Of a stretch of DNA of 40,529 nt, positions 1-6,529 are shown piece by piece. The first letter of the stretch is position 1, and each line of letters starts with the position of its first letter. The notes beneath the pieces are model-generated. The model was not told where the DNA came from and ran no database searches. It saw nothing but the letters and a program-made list of their open reading frames with translations. The position numbers were made by a program, and so were the translations under genes. Location of the stretch: positions 1 through 40,529 of IMG/VR virus record IMGVR_UViG_3300023173_000036, one strand, 5' to 3'. Origin of the DNA: a virus. Taxonomy: Duplodnaviria; Caudoviricetes.

Positions 1-7
1 AAAGTTA

Positions 8-35
8 TTGACATTAGTTTCAGAGTCTATACACT
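8..35 (+). promoter_or_regulatory. sigma70-type early promoter
   Basis: TTGACA (8-13), 16-bp spacer, TACACT (30-35) at the left end, facing the early genes. Confidence 0.75.
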
Positions 36-41
36 GGGTAC

Positions 42-315
42 TTATAGAGCAGCTACTCTTAAACAAAGCAACCTCAGACCTCTGGTGGGTTTATAGTTAA
101 GGGTAACACCACTTCAATACACCAGCGTTAGCAACTAAAGAAGCTAGCGAAAAAGTTAGATCAACCTAAACTACTGTTAGTACAGTGGCGGAGATAGCTG
201 AAAGTTAGTAACTTTAGAAACTAGCCGAATACACGATCCTTCGGAAGCAAGTCTTTAGCAGAAACCTTGAAGTAGCCACTGGAACGCGTCCTACATGGTA
301 GCATGGTTGATCATC
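42..315 (+). ncRNA. candidate structured non-coding RNA / early leader
   Basis: No ORF in the track; complementary segments 82-87/120-125, 126-132/143-149, 159-166/305-312, 171-180/291-301, 183-189/275-281, plus 135-141/252-258 and 111-117/267-273. Confidence 0.5.
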
Positions 316-330
316 TTCTTTACTCTTTAC

Positions 331-360
331 TTATGGCTACTGTCTTTGTAGTGGTCATAA
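331..360 (+). promoter_or_regulatory. intergenic hairpin, possible RNase III processing site
   Basis: TTATGGCTACT...AGTGGTCATAA stem with G-U pairs and no U-tract, upstream of the first gene. Confidence 0.45.
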
Positions 361-387
361 CTAAACAGTAATTAAGAGGAAAATAAG

Positions 388-882
388 ATGAGTAAAGTTA
401 AGTTTAATTACAAAGCAGTAACAGCCGACAAAGTAGATCAGCTAATAGCTAACGCTGTTAAGTCAGTCGATACTATGCAAAAGCAAATCCAATATGCCTC
501 TGTAGCTGTTCTACTACATGCTAAGAAACATGGTGACTACTCCAAAGCTAATGACCTAGTGAAGGCATTAGGCAAAGGTGTACGAGCTAAAGCACTGGTA
601 GAATTCTTCGTTAAGTACGGTGGTCTATCAGTAGGCTCAGAAAGTGAAGGTTTTACAGCTTGGAAGGGCAAAGAAGCTATTGACATTGAAGGAGCTAAAG
701 AGCAACCGTGGTGGGAGCTAAAGCCTGAACCAGTGTTTAAAGGTTTCGATCTACATGAGCAGATTGCTAACCTAGTGGCTAAAGCCGAGAAGATGCAGAT
801 AGAGGCAGCTAATGATCCCGCTAAAGCTAAGCTAATCTCAGTTAGCAAAGAAGATCTAAGCAAGCTAAAAGCTATTGCATAA
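388..882 (+). CDS. early hypothetical protein (164 aa)
   Basis: AGAGG RBS upstream; first gene after the early promoter. Confidence 0.85.
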   Translation: MSKVKFNYKAVTADKVDQLIANAVKSVDTMQKQIQYASVAVLLHAKKHGDYSKANDLVKALGKGVRAKALVEFFVKYGGLSVGSESEGFTAWKGKEAIDIEGAKEQPWWELKPEPVFKGFDLHEQIANLVAKAEKMQIEAANDPAKAKLISVSKEDLSKLKAIA

Positions 883-891
883 GGGGTCTTT

Positions 892-948
892 ATGAACTTC
901 TTACTCGGCTATGTGCTACTAATGCTAGCTTTCACACTAGCCTTGTAA
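892..948 (+). CDS. 18-aa hydrophobic peptide (MNFLLGYVLLMLAFTLAL)
   Basis: Translated by hand; AAGGGG RBS upstream; entirely hydrophobic. Confidence 0.4.
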   Translation: MNFLLGYVLLMLAFTLAL

Positions 949-993
949 TACTTATGACTAGGCACTTTAAGGAGTGTCTAGCAATAAGTGTTA
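946..993 (+). promoter_or_regulatory. long intergenic hairpin, possible RNase III processing site
   Basis: TAATACTTAT-GA-CTAGGCACT / AGTGTCTAG-CA-ATAAGTGTTA stem with an internal loop. Confidence 0.5.
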
Positions 994-1015
994 TTATATA
1001 CAGGAGTAACCAAGA

Positions 1016-1093
1016 ATGGATAGTCTTACTAAAGAAACAGCTAAGATAGTAGTGTTGTCTATTATCTTAGTGGCTATTATGACAGTTTGGTAA
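1016..1093 (+). CDS. 25-aa single-TM peptide (MDSLTKETAKIVVLSIILVAIMTVW)
   Basis: Translated by hand; CAGGAG RBS. Confidence 0.55.
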   Translation: MDSLTKETAKIVVLSIILVAIMTVW

Positions 1094-1108
1094 CTAAGGA
1101 GTATCTAA

Positions 1109-1291
1109 ATGGATACAATAATTCTAGTAGCATTACTGGCGGTAGTGTCTTTGCCTATTGGTGATTCTACTGCTTATCTTATCAACAAATATCTGGATAA
1201 GGCTTTCCCTCATGATTCAGGTACAGTAGCAGCAACTAGTCTAGCATGGTTTACCATCTTAGTTCTTTGTTGTGTACCTGCTTCTCTCTAA
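1109..1291 (+). CDS. small membrane protein (60 aa)
   Basis: TAAGGAG RBS; two hydrophobic segments. Confidence 0.7.
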   Translation: MDTIILVALLAVVSLPIGDSTAYLINKYLDKAFPHDSGTVAATSLAWFTILVLCCVPASL

Positions 1292-1320
1292 CTACTTTGT
1301 AAGTTAAGGAAGATAAGACA

Positions 1321-1452
1321 ATGTTAAAAGTAGTAAGATCACCAGCTAAGGTGGCTTGGCATGTAAGTTACAATGGTATAGTAGTAGATGTTCAACCAAC
1401 AAAGAAGTTAGCTCAAGACTCAGCTAGCTTTCTTAAGTCTAAATACTTGTAA
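1321..1452 (+). CDS. 43-aa early hypothetical protein (MLKVVRSPAKVAWHVSYNG...)
   Basis: Translated by hand; TAAGGAG RBS; fills the gap between neighbours. Confidence 0.7.
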   Translation: MLKVVRSPAKVAWHVSYNGIVVDVQPTKKLAQDSASFLKSKYL

Positions 1453-1462
1453 GGAGAATATC

Positions 1463-2125
1463 ATGGAAAAAGACTGGTTTAGTGACCTAACACTGACCAT
1501 TGACAATGACAAAAAGCTGCTAGATACGGTTATTAACGCCTATATAGATATGTTAACTGGCGGTAGTCCTGTAAGTTTCAAGACTTTAATAGTTAGGGCT
1601 GGATACCCACGTAACAGAACTGTCTCAGAAACCCTATACTCAGATGTATCTTTTCACTACCTAATGAAAGTATTAATAGACCATTCTGATAGGGTAGATC
1701 CGTCTAGTATTGTTTTACTGACAACTACCAGTCCACGATACCACCTATTCCGTAAAGCTCTGTCAGTAACTGCTCACGTAATTGACTACCCTAGTCACGT
1801 ATTAGAGCATTACAAAGTGTTCCCTAATCAAGACACTGAAAAAACAACTAACCTAGAATGTATCCAACAAGGAGAAATCCCTATGTTTTCTACCGATTCA
1901 TCTAAAGCTTTCGACAAAGTAACTGGCTATACTGTCTATGGTATTGATACTCAGAAGCTAACTGAGGCACAAGCTATTGAGGCTATCAACAAAGTCAACC
2001 TTGAAATTGATAACTTGGAGTCTGTACAGGTAGAGTCTAAGCGTATCACTAACATGGTGTCTGACCTTAAGAAGCAGAAAGCAGAGATTGTTAAGCTTTT
2101 AGATTCTGGTAAGTTAGCATCATGA
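1463..2125 (+). CDS. early hypothetical protein with C-terminal coiled coil; possible internal in-frame start at 1883
   Basis: TAAGGAG RBS; second AAGGAG before ATG 1883. Confidence 0.8.
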   Translation: MEKDWFSDLTLTIDNDKKLLDTVINAYIDMLTGGSPVSFKTLIVRAGYPRNRTVSETLYSDVSFHYLMKVLIDHSDRVDPSSIVLLTTTSPRYHLFRKALSVTAHVIDYPSHVLEHYKVFPNQDTEKTTNLECIQQGEIPMFSTDSSKAFDKVTGYTVYGIDTQKLTEAQAIEAINKVNLEIDNLESVQVESKRITNMVSDLKKQKAEIVKLLDSGKLAS

Positions 2126-2271
2126 GTGATGAAACAATAACTAGCATTATCTTAGCGATAGTGCTACTGGTATGCTCAGGTATAGCGTTAGCCTCTGAGG
2201 TTATCACTGTACCTTTGTGTGATCTTGATTGTAAAGCTAAGGCTATGAGCCTAGAAACTAAGGAGTTGTGA
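2122..2271 (+). CDS. 49-aa protein with signal-peptide/TM N-terminus
   Basis: ATGA overlap with the upstream stop; MSDETITSIILAIVLLVCSGIALA-SE. Confidence 0.6.
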   Translation: MSDETITSIILAIVLLVCSGIALASEVITVPLCDLDCKAKAMSLETKEL

Positions 2272-2273
2272 TT

Positions 2274-2717
2274 ATGTACAAAGTAGGTGACAAAGTTAGA
2301 GTAGTAAAAACTGGATGGGGTTGTGGTGACGAGCACTTAGGAAGAGAAGTAACTATTATTGAAACAGGGGGCTATAATGGTGAAGTAGGATACAAAGTAA
2401 GTCCTGCCATTGGGAACAGCCTTACAGGAGTATACGATGGGTTTATTGGTGGGAAAACCTTTGAACTGGTAAAACCTGCGTACCCTAACCCCCCTCACAA
2501 ACATGCTGAGCTAATCAAGGCATGGGCTGATGGTGCTGAGATTCAATACTTTAATAATAAGGAGTGGGTAGATAAGAAGTCTCCTAATTGGTGGGAAGAT
2601 AATACTTACCGTATCAAACCTTCTGAACCTACTCCTAAAGAGTTAGCAGAACAACAACTCAAAGAGTTAGAAGCTAAAGTGGAAGAACTTAAGGCCACTA
2701 TCCAAAATTTAGACTAA
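2274..2717 (+). CDS. hypothetical protein (N-terminal KVGDKVRV SH3-like motif; KHAELIKAWADGAEIQ domain)
   Basis: TAAGGAG RBS favours ATG 2274; motifs common in small phage proteins. Confidence 0.8.
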   Translation: MYKVGDKVRVVKTGWGCGDEHLGREVTIIETGGYNGEVGYKVSPAIGNSLTGVYDGFIGGKTFELVKPAYPNPPHKHAELIKAWADGAEIQYFNNKEWVDKKSPNWWEDNTYRIKPSEPTPKELAEQQLKELEAKVEELKATIQNLD

Positions 2718-2732
2718 TAACTCAGAAGCTCT

Positions 2733-2776
2733 GTAAGGCTCCCTAAGCAGTACCTAGTAGGGTAGCCTTACTTTTC
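2733..2776 (+). terminator. hairpin followed by U-tract (early terminator or processing site)
   Basis: GTAAGGCT...AGCCTTAC followed by TTTT. Confidence 0.5.
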
Positions 2777-2845
2777 CCTATAAAACCCTGTAGTAAGCTC
2801 TCATGAGCTAGAAAAGGCTAATATTAATGTAAGAAGAGGTAAGTT

Positions 2846-4081
2846 ATGGACTATCGTGCTAGTATCCCTGAAATTGTAGAGTATATTGAAGAGTATACAA
2901 AGGAGAATTTCTCTAAGTATTATCCAGAAGCTAAGAAAGTGGTAGAGGTTGCTCTTGACGAAAGGGGGGTTAGGAGTAAGATTAGCCACCACACTGATAT
3001 TGGTTCTCACTCCATGGACAACGAGCTCTTCTGGAAAGAATTGTTAGGTGACCGTGAAGTTAGCTACATGAAAGACCTAAGAAATGAGGACTTACTGCGG
3101 TTGATGTGTAACAATGAAGGTAGTCTCTTAGATATTATGGTCAAGAATGTTACCGAAGACCCTAATAAGTTTATACTATCCGCTCTTTACTCCCAACCTA
3201 GCAGGATGTATGGCTTCTTCAGGCTCACTAATGGTACTGGTGGTGGTTGGGGAAACATCAAAGATTCTCGTTGTACTCTTAGCTTCTACCTAAAGCTATG
3301 TATTCAAGAAGGAGGATTAGTAGCTCCTAAGATCGATCTATTTTTTGAGAACTATTCCCCTGCTGGTGGGTACAAAGAAGAGGTTCGTGAGATAGAGCTA
3401 GTACGTAACCCTATGAAGCTAGGTCGTTGGTTAAGATCAGTAGGGTTCACTGAGTATGAGGTTACTAATCTATCTAAACATGTAAGCTTTAAGCCTAAGC
3501 AGTTTGAGATGTTCATCACTGATCACTACATTCCTGAGTGTTATATTCAGCTGTCAGAGGATCAGAACCTAGACAGCTGCATGTCTAAGACTTCTGGGTG
3601 CTATGAGCTAGAGAGTGATGAACACCCTACCATGGCTTATGAGGATAGTGACTGCTTACTGTTACTGATCAAGGATTGTTCTAGCAATAAAGAGTTCCCT
3701 TATGTAGCTAGGTCTATCGGCTCTAAGCTGAACAGCGGGTATGTCAATAAGTATGGACTAGAAATTATCAGCTTTACGGACTTCGACATTAACTATGAAG
3801 ATCTACTAGACCATGAGCTGTCTTATAACACTACTTGTAATGGCGATGTACTACTACCTTACCTTGACAGTTGTACTAATTTTGTCAGTATTGATCATAG
3901 TAAAGAATCTGTCATTATTGATGGTGGTAGCTACTATGGCTGTATTGACTCAGGGGTAGGGGTTAAAAGTACAACAGAGTGTGATAATTGTGGAGAAGAG
4001 GTAGAGAGGGAGGACATTTACTGGGTAGATGGAGTAGGTGATTGTTGCTACGACTGCTACTGTAACAGTGACGATGACTAA
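2846..4081 (+). CDS. hypothetical protein with C-terminal Cys-rich zinc-binding-like tail (411 aa)
   Basis: GAGG RBS; DSCMS and PYLD segments; CDNC...CCYDCYC C-terminus. Confidence 0.8.
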   Translation: MDYRASIPEIVEYIEEYTKENFSKYYPEAKKVVEVALDERGVRSKISHHTDIGSHSMDNELFWKELLGDREVSYMKDLRNEDLLRLMCNNEGSLLDIMVKNVTEDPNKFILSALYSQPSRMYGFFRLTNGTGGGWGNIKDSRCTLSFYLKLCIQEGGLVAPKIDLFFENYSPAGGYKEEVREIELVRNPMKLGRWLRSVGFTEYEVTNLSKHVSFKPKQFEMFITDHYIPECYIQLSEDQNLDSCMSKTSGCYELESDEHPTMAYEDSDCLLLLIKDCSSNKEFPYVARSIGSKLNSGYVNKYGLEIISFTDFDINYEDLLDHELSYNTTCNGDVLLPYLDSCTNFVSIDHSKESVIIDGGSYYGCIDSGVGVKSTTECDNCGEEVEREDIYWVDGVGDCCYDCYCNSDDD

Positions 4082-4161
4082 GGAGTAGCACTAGGTTAGT
4101 TACTAAGGAGTAATATCAGAAGTAAGTAAGGAGTATTTCTACTTTCTTACCCTACTCCTTA
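4079..4161. repeat. three direct TAAGGAGTA repeats plus one inverted copy
   Basis: TAAGGAGTA at 4079, 4104 and 4127; TACTCCTTA at 4153-4161. Confidence 0.85.
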
Positions 4162-4184
4162 AGCTATTCCTTAAGATAGTAATA

Positions 4185-4213
4185 ATTATAGCATAAATTT
4201 AAGAAGAAGTAAA
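4185..4213 (-). promoter_or_regulatory. sigma70-type promoter antisense to the early genes
   Basis: Minus strand TTTACT-17 bp-TATAAT with extended -10 TG; spacer nearly identical to the promoter at 25858-25886. Confidence 0.65.
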
Positions 4214-4248
4214 CAATTAACAAGAAAATAATTCAGGAGAGTAGTATT

Positions 4249-5208
4249 ATGCTAACATTAACCCTTAAAAAGATCCTCAGTTATGCCAGATGTCATGGTT
4301 CATCAAGTGAGTACGACTTTGTAACTCAATACCTACAGCCTATGATTAAGCAGCTAGGGTACTCCTTTACTACTGACTCTATGGGTAATCACTACGTTAA
4401 AGTTAATGATGACCCTATCTTATTTGTAGCACACATTGACACCTGTCATACTATGGAGGCTACAGTAGTTCAGGTTCTAGAAGAGAAGAACTACTACCAT
4501 GTAGCGAACAAACAGGTAGGGTGTTTAGGTGCTGATGATGGGGTAGGAATCTACACTAACTTACGAATGATACAAGCAGGTGTAGGAGGTACTTATCTCT
4601 TCACAGTAGGAGAAGAGAAAGGCTTGATTGGTGCTAGCTTTATTGCTGACACAATGCAAGAGTGGCTATCTTCCTTCTTAATGTGTGTAGAAGTAGACAG
4701 AGCTGGTGAGTATGAGATCATCACACACCAAGCTACTGGTAAAGGTGCTAGCGATGAGTTTGCTGAGGCACTAGCTGATGAGCTAGACATGGGGCACTTA
4801 CCTTCTAACGAGGGGGTCTTTACTGACAATTCAGAGTTTAATACCTTTATCCCTGAGTGTGTGAATGTAGCAGCAGGTTATATACACCAGCATACAGCTA
4901 GTGAGAAGGTTAACTTTGTATACGTTGAGAAGCTAGTTGATCAACTCCTCAAGGTTAATTGGTTAGACCTGCCAGTAGTACGAGAAGTAACTGACTGTGA
5001 CCATGGTTGGGGATTATCTGAGTGGTATGGTAACGCTTACGATACAGATGACGTAGGAGTAGACACAGAAGGCTACCCAGTAGCTAATGAGTGGGATGAT
5101 TATGTGAAGTATGTTGAAGCTAATATTGAGAAGGTGGTATACTACTTACATCTTCACAACACTAGTGTCAAAGACATTGAACATTACTGGAAAGAGGGGG
5201 AGATTTAG
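4249..5208 (+). CDS. M28/M20-like zinc peptidase
   Basis: Metal-ligand motifs AHIDT, GADD, GEE, EVDR, FTD and HQHT. Confidence 0.85.
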   Translation: MLTLTLKKILSYARCHGSSSEYDFVTQYLQPMIKQLGYSFTTDSMGNHYVKVNDDPILFVAHIDTCHTMEATVVQVLEEKNYYHVANKQVGCLGADDGVGIYTNLRMIQAGVGGTYLFTVGEEKGLIGASFIADTMQEWLSSFLMCVEVDRAGEYEIITHQATGKGASDEFAEALADELDMGHLPSNEGVFTDNSEFNTFIPECVNVAAGYIHQHTASEKVNFVYVEKLVDQLLKVNWLDLPVVREVTDCDHGWGLSEWYGNAYDTDDVGVDTEGYPVANEWDDYVKYVEANIEKVVYYLHLHNTSVKDIEHYWKEGEI

Positions 5209-5209
5209 A

Positions 5210-5317
5210 ATGCAAACTAAGTTAGAGTTATTGAAAGACTACGGCTCAGAAAAAACCATAGAAACCATTATTGCTGAAATGCAGGATGATTGTCGTCTTA
5301 TGTTGGGGGTGAGCTAA
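5210..5317 (+). CDS. 35-aa hypothetical protein (MQTKLELL...)
   Basis: GGGGAG RBS; abuts both neighbours. Confidence 0.5.
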   Translation: MQTKLELLKDYGSEKTIETIIAEMQDDCRLMLGVS

Positions 5318-5649
5318 TGCCTTGCAGATCAGATTACATGGAACCTACTGCTAGAGAGCGAGAGAACAAGCGAGTAGCAGGTTTCTTATACGAGGTAGGT
5401 TTACGCCCTGAGTACAAACAAGTAGGCCAATATGGAGTTCAAGAGGGCTTAGACAGTCTTACTGCTCTACTATGTACTTGGTGTAAAGCCAACGATGTTA
5501 CTACTAAATCTCTAGAGTTACAAATCTGGTGGAGAGATCACAAGAGGAGTGATGAAGCTAGAGAAAGACGAGAGCAGAAACTATCTGGCAATGTTACTGT
5601 CAATGTAGATAACCTCTACCAAACTTACAGACAAATGCTTAAGGAGTAG
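5317..5649 (+). CDS. hypothetical protein (MPCRSDY... start)
   Basis: TAATG coupling with the upstream stop. Confidence 0.75.
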   Translation: MPCRSDYMEPTARERENKRVAGFLYEVGLRPEYKQVGQYGVQEGLDSLTALLCTWCKANDVTTKSLELQIWWRDHKRSDEARERREQKLSGNVTVNVDNLYQTYRQMLKE

Positions 5650-5651
5650 AT

Positions 5652-5837
5652 ATGTCACAAGCAGGTAGCAGTATCACACCTGAACATTGGGAGAAGGCTA
5701 AGCAACTAGAGGATAATCTAGCTAAAGGTAAAGGCTTCTCTACTTATAAGAAGTATGCAAGACACAGACAAGGTAAGAAACTAACCTTTGAAGTGGACAC
5801 TCATGTTAATGTTAATGTTAATGTACAGGAGAATTAA
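5652..5837 (+). CDS. hypothetical protein (61 aa)
   Basis: TAAGGAG RBS; tight packing. Confidence 0.7.
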   Translation: MSQAGSSITPEHWEKAKQLEDNLAKGKGFSTYKKYARHRQGKKLTFEVDTHVNVNVNVQEN

Positions 5838-5839
5838 GT

Positions 5840-6529
5840 GTGGACAACTATTCGATTATTGACTTTATTGACTACTTCACTAGCTACTATTACGCTATTG
5901 TACCTAGTGTTCTTCTCTTACTCAGCGTACTATTTGCTTTTCTTGATGGGGCTAGGGTTTGGTTGTTGGGTTGGGTGGATGACTTCGAAACTACATACAA
6001 GTCTGTCTTCGTCCCTTGGCTAGAATCTATATTTTTTACACCTATCAAAGTGCCAAAACTTAAAGGTGCATTGAACTGCACTGATAGCTATTATGGAAAA
6101 GAAAAGCAGACTTACAAAGTAGGGCAGGTTCTTAAAGGTTCTAGCTCTTCTGCGTATCACGTAAGAGTAGGAGGTTACTGGAGATACTTGGTATTTACCA
6201 ACAAAGAAGATGCACTAGCTGTAAGTGCTTATGTTAAAACTCTTAAATCTTCTGAAGTAACAAAGTTAGCTAGGGACCCTGACAAATTTTTCAGCAATGA
6301 GCCTAAGAAACCAGATACACACGTTACATTCCTATACCTAACCTTTGTGCTATTTGTTTTGTTCCTAGTGTTACTTGCTTACAAACTACTTCCTACCCTA
6401 ACAGTTGTAACAGTAACTACAATAGCTAGTGCCTTTGTAGTCCGTAAGGTAGTTCGTATTGGTAAGAAGTTAAAGGCTCACATCTCTGACCCAGATGCAC
6501 ATAAAGTTAAGGAGGAAGTAAGTGAGTAA
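5840..6529 (+). CDS. membrane protein (229 aa)
   Basis: CAGGAG RBS, GTG start; N- and C-terminal TM segments. Confidence 0.75.
   Translation: MDNYSIIDFIDYFTSYYYAIVPSVLLLLSVLFAFLDGARVWLLGWVDDFETTYKSVFVPWLESIFFTPIKVPKLKGALNCTDSYYGKEKQTYKVGQVLKGSSSSAYHVRVGGYWRYLVFTNKEDALAVSAYVKTLKSSEVTKLARDPDKFFSNEPKKPDTHVTFLYLTFVLFVLFLVLLAYKLLPTLTVVTVTTIASAFVVRKVVRIGKKLKAHISDPDAHKVKEEVSE

Noticed and set aside
180-260. tRNA, hammerhead or group I intron in the leader
   Set aside because: No T-loop GTTCRA or cloverleaf, no CUGANGA core, and no complete P/Q/R/S set; the R-like TTCAGAGTCTATA lies in the promoter spacer
537-863. Minus-strand 108-aa ORF, and similar shadows at 4593, 6665, 10179, 13840, 22289 and 36315
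   Set aside because: Antisense to well-supported genes and against the arm polarity
4079-4161. Mini CRISPR array
   Set aside because: Repeats are only 9 nt with 14-16 nt spacers, and there are no cas genes
5838-6023. Alternative 61-aa hydrophobic ORF sharing the GTGTG start
   Set aside because: Overlaps the longer 229-aa gene; hydrophobicity is expected from T-rich sequence. Not excluded, but unsupported
388-6529. Phage RNA polymerase, integrase or repressor in the early region
   Set aside because: No ORF of suitable size or with the motifs; consistent with a lytic phage using host RNA polymerase
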